Assembly (NCBI RefSeq): GCF_009914755.1
Contig: NC_060927.1
From: the human T2T-CHM13v2.0 reference genome, Homo sapiens
DNA length: 64,000 nt
Strand: one strand, 5' to 3'
Below the pieces are notes generated by a model. That model saw nothing but the letters and a program-made list of their open reading frames with translations, searched no databases and was not told the origin of the DNA. Position 1 is the stretch's first letter, and each line of letters starts with the position of its first letter. Positions 28,228 to 40,642 of the stretch are shown piece by piece. A program made the position numbers and the translations under genes.

Positions 28228-29411
28228 TAGTCATATGCCACATAACAATATTTCGGTCAACAATGGACCACATATATGATTATGGTCCTGTAAGATTATA
28301 ATGGAGCTGAAAAAATGCTATCACCTAGTGGCATTTTAGCTATTGCAATGTCATAGCTCAACCCATTACTCACAGGTTTGTGGTGATGCTGGTGTAAGCA
28401 AACCTATTGTACTGCCAGTAGTAAAAATTTGTCGTACATACAATTGTGTACAGTATAATAGTACTTGATAATGATGATAAACAACTATGTTACTGGTTTG
28501 TGTATTTACTATACTATGATTTTTATTATTATTTTAGAATGTACTCTTTGTACTTAAAAAAAAATAACTGCAAAACAGCCTCAGGCAGTTCCTTCAAGAA
28601 ATGTTCCAGAAGTCACCATTATTATAGGAGATGACAGCTCCATGAGCGTTATTGCCCCTGAAGAGCTTCCAGTGGGACAAGATGTGGAGGTGGAAGACAG
28701 TGATATTGATGATCCTGACCCTGTGCAGGCCTAGGCTAATGTGTATGTGTCTTAGTTTTTAACAAAAATATAAAAAGTAATAAATAAATTGAAATACATT
28801 TAAAATTTTTAAAAAGCTTATTGAATAAGGACATCAAAAATAATTTTGCACAGCTACACAATGTGTTTTTGTTTCAAGCTGTTTTATTACAAAAGAGTTA
28901 AAAAGTTTTAAAAAAGTTTATAAAATAAAAAGTTAAAACCAGCTAAGGTTAATTTATTATTAAATAAAGAAAAATGTTTTTAATAAATTTAGCCTAAGGG
29001 TAGAGTATTTATAAAATCTTCAGTCTTTTATAGTAATGTACTAGGGCTTCACATTCACCCACCACTCACTCACTTACCCACTCAGAGCAACCTCTAGTCC
29101 TGCAAGCTCCATTTATGTCAAGTACAATTTTTTACCTTTTATGCTGTATTTTTACTGTACCTTCTCTGCATTTAGATGTTTCTATGCATGAATACTTATC
29201 ATTGTGTTATAATTCCCTGCAGTATTTAGTACAGTACCATGCTGAATAGGTTTGGAACCTAAGAGCAATCGGTTATACCATATAGCCTAGGTGTGTAGTA
29301 AGCTATACCATCTATATTTGTGTAAGTGCACTCATGTTGTTGTACAGTGATGAAATTGCTTAAGGATGCATTTCTCAGAACATATATTCATTTTTAAGTG
29401 ATGCATGACTA
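28228..29411 (+). mobile_element. Tigger3b-like (Golem) DNA transposon, about 1.18 kb
   Basis: tagtcatatgccacataac...gcatgacta termini; gagcttccagtgggacaagatgtggaggtggaagacagtgatattgatgatcctgaccctgtg. Confidence 0.88.
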
Positions 29412-31599
29412 TTCCAAAAGTGAAATGCCAGATAAACACTTTAGTATGGTACTCAGGAACCTCCATAATATTGGCCTGATAAAATGTCTTACCAGCTTCA
29501 TATTTACTATTTTTTTTCCAATTTCATAATCCAGTTATTTTATTCTGGATTTCCTTAATAGAAATATTTGTTCACATCCATTGTTAAAATTTTCTTTTAC
29601 AATTCTGTGAAATAAAAAAAAATCCATGTTGTTTAAACTATTTTTTTGCATGTTTTCAAATGAATTTCTTTCCACTTTGACGGTACTTCCTGTTGAATTT
29701 TTATTTTAATGTTTCAGCTTACTTGTAAAAATCTCACTTTATTTATGCTTGTAGATTTTTTTTCTGATTGTGCCAGTCCCTTTCACAATCATTTCATATA
29801 TTTATAATCAATCCTATTAAAATTAATGAACAAATAATTTAATAAAATAAAATCTCAAATGATAACAGGGAAGATACTGCCTCTCAAGGGGACTAAATAT
29901 TTTCCAGTAGAGAGAAAATAGACTCAAGATAGGGAAGTGTAGGAAGTTGGGTATTAATGAGCACTCTATTAACTAAGGGTACTAGTTGATTATAGTAACT
30001 TTATTAGGGTTTTGTGTGAGTTGTACTTGAAAAGACTAGAGTTTTTTTTTTAGGTTAGTGAACAGGGAGATTCAAAATTTTTAAAAGATTAATGAAATAG
30101 AACACTTTTTTTTCAAAATTTTCTATTCCCGGGCACACTCCATTTATCTTAATTTTCTCTAATATAGCTGAGGCTCAAAGTAGAATACATTATAATCACA
30201 TGTTCTTAAATGTGATTGTTACAGGCATTTTGTGATTAATGGAAGTGGGCATTACAGCTATGGAAATGCTGGTGAGCGGTTGGTATTTGAAAAGGATATT
30301 CTTCATTATCATAATAAAGAACAAACAAATGTCTCAAAAGGTCATCCAGTAATTTGTAAATGTTTGGCATTTTTGTTCAATTAAAGAATCACTTGTTAGA
30401 TAAAGTTTTAAATATATATGAAGGTTTAATGTTTTTCAAGTTTTCTTACAACGTGATTGGTCTTAAATACCTTTACATAACTGACAGTACCCGTTCGATG
30501 CATACTGACAGGACCCACTAAGTGCATACGTCTGGTGCTGGGCACCATAGGACCTGTTCACAGTTTTGTCTCATCTCCCATCCTGCACCTTCTCTTCGCG
30601 ACATCAAAGCGGTTGGACGGTTACTAGGAATATTCCTGAAAGTTATTCTTATTCTTGCATGTTTAGCTATAATCTAGCTGAAATATAAGAGACTATGAAT
30701 CACATAAATATGCAACACGAAATTCAAACTAAATGAACAGCCAGCTCACATCAGCCATAGTCTCTCTCATACCATATAGAGTTATAGAAAGTGTAAAACA
30801 TGGAAAATTAGAGTTTGAAGAATATGTCTTAAACAATTGCCATTATTATCTTACTTTTGCAAATTTCACAAAAAATATATGACCATGAGAGTATATTGTT
30901 ATAGCGATTCTCTAGGCCTAGAAAAGAACCCTTATAAAAGTGAGGGGCTTGGTAGGTTAAGCTTCGTTAATCCATATGCCTTTGAACAGCAGCTGGCCAT
31001 AGCCAAGCTATGAAACAAACGGAGGGAAAAGCAACAGATAAAAAGCTGAAATAGACAAGTCTGGATTTAAAGATACTGAGAATGAGTATCACGATTTAGG
31101 CATTTTAATTTGTGCTCCTCTGCAAAATTGCTTGGACAACTGAGACATCTGAATTAGTGAGAATCACTTTACCTTTCAGATATGTATTGAGTGCCTATTA
31201 TGTTCAATGCACTGGTTATTTTCCCTCAATCTATATAGCGGTTTAGAATAATGACAGTACATCTTACAGGGATTATAAAAACAAGCTACTATGTTATGAG
31301 AAACATAAAATATCAATTAGGTGGGACAGAACTGATATAATGGAGCAAATTATTTTATCTGTTTGAGAGGATCAATTTTCAAGTAGTTTATAAGGTTTGA
31401 GGGGTCTTGAAAGTTAACAGGTTTAAGAGGAAAAAAAAATCCAATGAGGATAGGAGACACCAACATGAAAAAATGTGTTTTGAAAGGTAAAATTTATGAA
31501 GATAATAGCCTAGCATGCAAGATCTTTGATGATCTCTGAGCAAGTTTTATTTGGCCAACTTAACTCCCTCCATTTATCCCACACACATGAGCGCTAGGT

Positions 31600-31968
31600 G
31601 AATCGGTATTCCCAAACCATGAATCACCTCCCAATTCCTGTGTCTTTCACCTGCAGTTCCGTGTACCAGACATGGCTTTTGCCATTTGCTTCCAATGACC
31701 TCCTGTTCGTCTTTAAGTTCCACCTCATTGTTGCTCTCCCGTAAACTCCTTTCTCTTCGCTCATAGCATAATGAATTACTCTTCCCTTTGTGTTTTCATA
31801 GCATTTTGCATATTACATTTTATTGCGGTGATTTTGTGTCTGATGCTGCTTATTAAACTGAAGTATTTCAGGTTTAGGATAAAGACTAATTTATCTTTGT
31901 GGCCTGTATGTGCTTTTCACAGTACACTGCATATAGTGGTTTTCAATAAACATTTGATGAATGAAGGA
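31600..31968 (+). mobile_element. L2 3' region
   Basis: ends catatagtggttttcaataaacatttgatgaatgaag. Confidence 0.55.
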
Positions 31969-32789
31969 AGATAGTTTTTAAAATATGCAATGGCATTGTC
32001 AATCCCTTCAAGGTATTCTTTTATTACTATTGTATTCCTGAGAAAAATTGCAGGTAAATTCATTCTATTTTACAGTGTATCTTAGTTTAAATTGAAAACT
32101 TACCCCAAAAAAAGCAAAGAAGCAAACATTGAGGATACACACACATATACACATGCATAAATATACGTATATATTTATAGCCTAAATGTATATAGAGAAC
32201 ACATTTTATCTAAACTAAGAGAATACAAATATATAAATCTGTTGAAACTGCTAAATACTACAAATTCTCCATCTCATCCATATTTATTGACTTGCCTTTT
32301 TATGAACATTGTAAAAAGAATAGGAAAGTAACAGTGAGTTTTAATATAGTCTACCTAATATGCCAGCCAATTGCTTTCCTTTTTTGATATACAATTAAGG
32401 TGGTAAAAATTGATTGCTGAATTATGGTAAACTGTATTAGGTGATGAATTGATAAGTTCTACAGAATGATAATAAATTATATGAATGTTATCACCAGCTT
32501 TACCAAAAAGAGAATAATCTTCAATTTTACTGGAACTACTCTGATAAAGACATCAATGTGCAAATCCTTTTAAAATTCAGTGTGAATTTGAAAACATAAT
32601 TTAAGTATTAGCTGTACTACATAAAGATTCTTCTTCTAAAAATTTAAGACAAAACACACTTTTTGCAATCTATGCAAGAAACAATAGAAAATCATTTCGT
32701 GGGCAGAAGGAAGGACATTCTGATATTTAGGAGACTAGTGTTGATTACTTAATATGATTACATTATTCTTTCTTACTAGTTCAAATTTA

Positions 32790-32911
32790 TTAGGATGGTG
32801 CAAAAGTAATGGCAGTTTTTAACATTACTTTTAATGGGATATGTAACCAGAATTTGAAACAAATACATTAAAAGTAATGGCAAAACCACAATTACTTTTG
32901 TGCCAACCTAA
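32790..32911. mobile_element. MADE1 (Hsmar1-derived MITE) variant with extended palindrome and 29-bp insert
   Basis: ttaggatggtgcaaaagtaat ... attacttttgtgccaacctaa TIRs; TA TSDs. Confidence 0.9.
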
Positions 32912-33901
32912 TAATTGTAAAACTTTGTATTAGAAATAATAATTTACGACATCATATACTATAACTGAGTAGACAGGATAGTATAACCATTACTATTTCT
33001 TAATGCAAGTGTAAATTCTTAAAACTATAATCAAAATGTCCATAGACCCTTATTCCTGTTTACTAGATAAGAAGTAGCATTAACTTTATAAACAAATATT
33101 GTTCACGTGTTGCTCTTGCCACTGCCTGGACCTGAGAGTCTTTATTAGTAAACTTTCTCCACTTATTTTTGTTTGCAACTTGGGGATGTCATGTCATTTA
33201 GCCTGAATCTTCTCATTGAAGATTTGCTTCCAACCTGAATGAACTGTTTTACTTTCACAGCTTCCAGTCCCCTATGAAAAACAGTCAGTCCTCTGATGTT
33301 TCTAGTTCCTCACCTCCATCTGCTAAGAGCTGTAGCTTTCCCAGGACACCACCTGGGCTCCCAGTGTACAGAGCAGGACAGAAGGAAGGAATGGCCCCGT
33401 ATTCAACTCTTGCCATCAGCACACAGATCAACAATGCTTGAAATATACTCATTTGTAAGTTCACCCTTTTAACCAGCTGCCATATCTCAAGCCTCTGTAA
33501 TGAGGCTCAAAAGACACCTCAGAGATAAAACTGGCAGAATACCCTTTCCTTCACTGTCCTTATCTCCATTATCCTTCCTTCCAGACTCCTGTATACACAG
33601 ACATGCACACACATGCACAAACACACATGACCCCAGGCACACAAACAGACAAAAGCTTAACCATCTAACAATATTTTTTTAAATTTTATTTATTTCTTTT
33701 CTCAATCCAAACAAAAGCCCTCTTACCTGCCAACACACGCAAATGATAATTTGGAAAATTTTCCTGCCCATTAGTTCGGCAAACTGCTAGACTTGGAACC
33801 CAAACAACCATATCATATTCCTCACGTTGTGTACTGGGCATCAAAAGGTAAATACTTATCATTTATACATATTGTTTTTACTTGTTCCAGTGTTTGAATT
33901 A

Positions 33902-33985
33902 TTTTACATAAATTAGCAAAGAACAATTAACAATTTTTACACAAATTAGCAGAGAACAATTTTACATAAATTAACAAAGAACAAT
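33902..33985. repeat. Imperfect 3-copy tandem repeat (ttttacataaattagcaaagaacaat)
   Basis: direct inspection. Confidence 0.85.
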
Positions 33986-34019
33986 GCAAGGAAAGAGAAG
34001 TCAACCTCACTTAGGTTCA

Positions 34020-34105
34020 TATTTATAACAACTACATCATAGAATTTATTAAAGGATTGAATGAGTTAATATTTATAAAGTAACTATCATAGTGTCTGGC
34101 TATCA
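34020..34105 (+). mobile_element. MIR fragment
   Basis: catagaatttattaaaggattgaatgagttaatatttataaag...agtgtctggc. Confidence 0.6.
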
Positions 34106-36909
34106 TAAGGGTCATGATAAACATAGCAATAGTCTGATTTGTGTTCATAAAATGTGCCTGGAGGGAAATAATTTTTTAACAGAAAACTACACTTCCTAGC
34201 AAGCCTGATTTCTTTATTTCTATCTATTATTCAATATCATTCCTCCTTTCTAAGGATTTTGTGATTGCTTCTATCAGACATCTTGCTATGGTTCAGATCC
34301 AGGCTTATGACGGCTGCCTCATCACAATATGTGGAATATTGTTTATACAGCTGCAGTTCCTTGTCTTCTGATTACAATTTTTTATTAATTTTGCTTCTGT
34401 GACTTTTCATAAATCTAATCTTAGATATCAGATGTAATGTTTGTTTTAATTAAACATTCAGCCTCTGACTTGACGGAGGCAATTTGAGTTACATCCAAAT
34501 ATTTCTAAGTAAATTTAAACTTAAAAAAACTTCAAGTTTTCACAGCAGCTGCACCAGTCTACAATCCCACCAGGTGTGTAGGAAAGTTCTAGTTGCCCTG
34601 CATTTTCTATATAAACTATTTGATTACATAGTTTTCATTTTCGATGTTTATTTTTTAAATCACACTATTATATAGTATCCCTCATTGCTGAGTTTGGAGC
34701 AGATGTGGAACCTCAAAGTATAAACTTGAAAAAAGTCATATCTAGAATAAGTACAAATAACTCATACATTGAATGATATTTATTTAAAAACTATATAATT
34801 CTCCTAATCCTTCTTTTGAATATGTTGCCCATGATATGAAAACAATAATGTTATAATTTTTTTCATGAAAGGACTTTTAAGTCTGAAAGATTATTGCTTT
34901 TTTAATTCCAAAGCAAATTCATTTTTCAAATCAGATGATCATAATACTGTATTATAGAATATTTGCATACACATGTCACAATATTATGCTCAAGACTCAT
35001 ATACTTATATTTAGGAAACTTGCAGAAATTAACACTGAATTTTTTTTACATGAGGAGTACTCAGGAATGATGTAGTTTTTATTGCAATGATTTCTAAAGG
35101 ACATGTACTGGGAAGTACTATTAGTTAAAGGTTTTTAAGAATGGTATTAATGCTTCATATCGATCAGATCCAAAGTAGTAAAAGATATGTAATAGAATGT
35201 AAGTGAGGGGATGAATCTATGAAAATAAACCAAATATTGAAAACTATCTTGGAAATGAAAAGTTATTTAATTAAGTCAAATAGTTGAAAAAAGTTCTTAG
35301 ACTGGTGACATAGTTCATCTCAATTGACTTGTAAACCTTTCTGGCATTTTTTACTGAAAATTCTCATTCCTGCAAAACATATCTTGACGTAATATATTTT
35401 TGCTGTATGAATATAAATGTAATATTATATACACACACATACACAAATACAAGTGTAAATAATATACTTTCAATATATTCACATTTTCTCCCACGGGTAG
35501 ATATGCCAGAACAAGTAATGAGGAATCCAAATCATTCCCTCTTGGGGGTGAAGTAGGAAAGAACAACTGTGTCACATGCATAGAATCATACAGTAGTTTC
35601 CAAGAAGACACCTGGAAACTTGCTGTTAGAGTCATCAGAGGTCGCCTAGAAATGTAGTTGATGTGAATGATCTCAAGTTATCTCCCACATGACATGTTTA
35701 ACGGGTCTTGAGAGCTTGACACACTTGTCACCTGAGCTGTTTTGAAAATAATGATTTACTTCTCTGAGTCAAAAAGGAATGCCTTTAATTTTATTTCAAG
35801 AGATTTTGTGATGTTTGCGAGACGGAATGGACAACAGCATTCAGAAAAAGAATAACACAGAAGTCTGTCCATGTATCTTTGAATGCATGAAGAGAAAATT
35901 GATCTATACTAGATACAGTTATATGGAGGCAATTATTTCCTAAGGCAATTATTTCATTTGTAAAGGGATAGGAGAAAAGGGAAAGTAATTATAGTATACT
36001 GTCATGTAGTCTAATAATGTAAAGGCCACTATATCAGCAGTGATGAAGATAGCCATCACTTCATTTGCAGTCAAATGGCATAGAGAAGTGCATTAGTAAA
36101 CTTTCCTTCTTGAACATTTATTGGCAGTTTATCTTGTTTTCTTAGTCAATTTATGTCCCTCGTTAGTCATTCATTTTGATACATGAGAATATCTTATTTC
36201 AAGCACTGCCGACGTCGGCTAATATTGTAAAGGTGTAGTTTCTTGCATGACCATGAAAATATTAGAAGTATTATATATTTCATTTTATTATTTCTAAAAA
36301 ATGCATGCGGTTCTGCAATAAAACAAAATTAAAATACTGTGTTAATACTGAGTCACTAAAATAAATTCATAAATTTCCCAAGTCAAATTTTTATTAAAAA
36401 TAAAAATATATATATATGAGTCTCCCCTTCTCCTTACTTGGGAAAAAGGCCTGGCCTACAATATATATAATAACCACATTGAAAAAATTTAGGTTCCTTC
36501 CCTCTGGCAACCAGTTTTTCATTTCCTAAAGATGCCAGGCTGAATTCTTTTGCTGTGTGAAAAGAATATCAGTTTGTCTATAAATTGAATGTGGGTGAAA
36601 ATTGCACAAAAGTCTCATTTCTAATAATATGCTTAGCTATTCTACAGAGTATGATATGTAAACCATAAAAAGTAAGACTTAAATCCAGAGTATTATAACA
36701 TGACTGTAAGTAAAAAGATTTAGATTGTGATATTGTATGGTTTGAATGGATTTCATACACAAATGGTCACGGGAGGCTATACATACTTAAGAGTTAATAC
36801 GTGTTCAATTGTGGAATGTTTTAATATAATATCAGTTAAAGGAAAAAATTCTACTACCACAATGTTAAAATTGATTTTAAATGATTGATAGGGAGAATAA
36901 TTGGGTCCA

Positions 36910-37230
36910 GGAACAATCAAACTATTAACTTGTAAATAGTTCGTGAAATTTAAATGATCCTTTGAGACAGTCTTTATACATGGAAAAAGGTCTGCTCGGG
37001 TGTAGCCACATCTTGGTCTTCTTTTCTGCTACAGATAATGAGATAACGTGGAGGGGAAGAAAAGAAAAACACTGTCGTCCTCCTTGGTGGGTCTGGATCG
37101 TAGGCAGATACAGGAACTTCAGCTTCTTTGGAAGAGAAAATGAAGAGAGAGGTCAGAGAGACCTTGAGGCTTCTTCAGTTTAGCATGTCAAAATGGCATA
37201 TTTGGCGGTCTTGCTTTCTGAATCCCAACA
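36910..37230 (-). mobile_element. ERV1 LTR fragment (MER39/MER34 family)
   Basis: aggtcagagagaccttgaggcttcttcagtttagcatgtcaaaatggcatattt...tttctgaatcccaaca. Confidence 0.65.
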
Positions 37231-37285
37231 CTTACAACATGGTGGCTGGGTTAAAGAACACGCATCCTAATAAAGAAATGGTGCT

Positions 37286-37639
<354 letters not shown>

Positions 37640-38567
37640 CTATTTTGCCCTTTAGTTTTCTGGTTTTCAGGCTAGAAGGCAGACTTTTCCACTAGTGCTT
37701 CCTCTGTAGCTGTAAAGCCCCCAGCAAAGAGAAACATACTGTAATGGCTCCTCACCTCCTCTCCTCCAAGCAAGCACATACTTCCTACCAGGGTCAGTTT
37801 GCTTCTCTTCACTCTTCAGCTCTTTCAGAGAGTCAGGGCATTTTTGTTTGTTTTTGTATCCCATGCAGGTTTTATTGTTTAATTTGCAGGGTTTGTCATC
37901 TGGTACTTTATTTCATCATGCTTGGAAGCAGACACAATAAAACCTGTAATATTGGATTTTGAGCATGTGACAGACATGGGTTTTATCTGTGGGAATCTTT
38001 TTGGGAACCTCTAGAGGTGTTTTATATATATTTCTATTAGATTTTCTGGGGCACTACCAATCTTGGAAAAATTATTACATTTTCAGTTTGTAATTTACTA
38101 GATTATGCAAATTTAAATTATAAAATAGTACAGAAGTAAGTCTCAGTTACATATTTCCAGGGAAGACTTTGTTTTCTGCCTAGAACCCACATGAAGGCAG
38201 ACAGGCTTCTTTGTCCTGTTCCTCTGTGATTTTTATTTTAAAAATAATTCCATTATTTCACTAGGGATTTGACATTTGAAAGCCCCCACTTTGAATATTG
38301 TATTGTTTTCAAATTCATCCAAGGCAACATCAGCTGTTATTTTTGGTCCTTAATATACCAGTTTACTATTTCTTGATACTAGCAAAATTCTCCAATGGCA
38401 AAAATGCCTTCAGAGTTAGCTTACCGCTCTGATACTTTTAACTCACATTATTTTTTTTTCCCAAGGGTTTTTTTTTTACTCTCTCCTGATCAAAAGTGTT
38501 TATGTAACAGAAAATTATACATTTCAATATTTTGAGGTATCTTTTCAAGATAAATCCTTTTGCTAAA

Positions 38568-39072
38568 AATGGAATACTATTCAGCCTTAAGAAGGGGGAA
38601 AATCCTGTCATTGGCAATAACATGGATGGATCTACAGGATATTATGACAAATGAAATAAGCCAGACACATAAAAGACATTTCCTATAACAACTCACTCGT
38701 GTGAAATCTAGAAAATTGGAAGTCATAGAAACAAAAAGTAGAATGGGGTTTGCTAGAGTCTGGGGGGTCAAGGGAGATGGGAAGATGTACGTCAAAGCAC
38801 ATAAAGTTTCCATTAGACAACGGCTGGAGATCTATTATAGAGCGCAGTGTCTACAGTTAGTAATAATGTATTGTATACTTGAAAATTGCTGACAGAAGAT
38901 CATAACTTTTCTCAACACAGAAATGATGCATATGTCTGATGAAGGATATGTTAATTAGCTTGATTTAACTATTGCACAATGCATTTATATATAAGGGTAT
39001 CATGTTGTACTCTGTAAATACATGTGTTTTTATTTGTCAAGGATACCTCAATACAAATAAACAATTAAAAAA
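38568..39072 (+). mobile_element. L1MA-type 3' end
   Basis: aatggaatactattcagcctt...aaatgaaataagccagacac...ggatatgttaattagcttgatt. Confidence 0.85.
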
Positions 39073-39269
39073 ACAGAAGTTATGGCATTGTTTAAAAAAT
39101 CAACAGTATTCCACTGTACCAAATGAGGAGCTACTTTACATAATTCTGAGTGGTGGTGATGGGGTTGGAATCCTTCAACCAAAGACTGAATGGCATAAGC
39201 GTATAAATGTAGTGAACTCCTTGCTTTAATGTGAAATTAATTCTATGGTACAATTCATGCTTCAGAGCA

Positions 39270-39444
39270 CCCTGCACGATAAACCTGAAGCCAGATTCTA
39301 GCTGGAATCCCATTTTCGCTGATTGTCCTTTCTTTCTTTATCCTGTTTTCCTCGACCACTTTTTCGTGGGAGCATTCCTTCAACAAATCACATGCACCCG
39401 AGTCCCTAAATCAGGCTCTTTTCTAGGAGCCCTAACTTAAGATA
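39270..39444 (+). mobile_element. ERVL LTR16-family 3' part
   Basis: gggagcattccttcaacaaatcacatgcac...ttctaggagccctaacttaagata. Confidence 0.55.
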
Positions 39445-40330
39445 CTGACTGCAAATTCCTGATTTTAATCTCTTCCTTTTCTTCCTCTTCATGAAAAGAA
39501 ATAAACCTTGGGTATCAGAGAGAATATTGTTTATTAATATATCACGCTTTCTAAGAAACTGTGAGGTTTTTTTTTTTTTGTCATAATGGGATATAGAAGT
39601 ATACTTCACCCATAGGGGAATGGGAAAAATAGTGATCATTTGCTGAACGATATTAAGTAGTATAAAAACTTTATCTGAAGATAGTCTTAAATAGAAGAGG
39701 GTGCATAACATTCCTAAGTAAGGAGGAACCATTAATGGAAGAAACTAGGCAATATTTAGAAAACTTTGGCTGTTGCACATCTAAAAGTTCAAGGGCTTGG
39801 GAGAATTTACAACAACTAGAATTCCTTTACTTGATGTCACTAGTCAGCTTGCTAAAAGTAGACTGATCAGAATGGACTTTTTGTGAGCCAGTAGCGAATC
39901 AACTCATTGTAATATACAAACCAAGACTTACTATTCCCAAGTCGTCTTTGGGTTATATTTTTCTCTTCTCTCTATTCAAGTTGAGATCTTTTCTTTTATT
40001 CTGTAGTTATTACTGTTTTCCTCTTTTCCTTCTATTTTGGAATTCCCCTCAATTTGCAAATGGTTGAGCTATTTTTTAAACAAACTTCTTGTGTGACAAA
40101 AGTCCTGAATGAAGCTTGAGCATAAATACACGAATATTATTGAAATAAATAAACCTCAACACAGTTTGTAATTAGCTATAGATTTTAGCAAGCATGTGAA
40201 AATAATCCTGTCAGAAAGTAAATTCTTATTAAATAGGGTACTAAAATATCATGAGTGGCTATCAGTCTTATAGGATGGAGATATTTTGGGGGGAGAAGTT
40301 CTCAAAATTCTGTCCTTATAAACAAATTTA

Positions 40331-40642
40331 TTTTCTTTTTCTTTTTCATTTTTTTTTTTTTAGATGGAGTTTTGCTCTTTTGCCCAGGCTTGAGTGAAGT
40401 GGTACAATCTCAGCTCACTGCAACCTCTGCCCCCCAGGTTCAAGTGATTCTCCTGCCTCAGCCTCCTGAGTAGCTGGGATTACAGGTGCCCGCCACCATG
40501 CCCAGCTAATTTTTTGCATTTTTAGTAAAGACGGGGTTTCGCCATGTGGGCCAGGCTGGTCTTGAACTCCTGACCTCAGGTGATCCACCTGCCTTGGCCT
40601 ACCAAAGTGTTAGGATTACAAGCATGAGCCAACGCGCACGGC
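40331..40642 (-). mobile_element. Alu (AluSq/Sx-like)
   Basis: full dimer; TSD caaatttatttt/caactttatttt. Confidence 0.95.

Noticed and set aside
28228-29411. Inverted similarity to 61274-61604 as the ends of a giant composite element
   Set aside because: Each is a self-contained Tigger3 derivative with its own two termini
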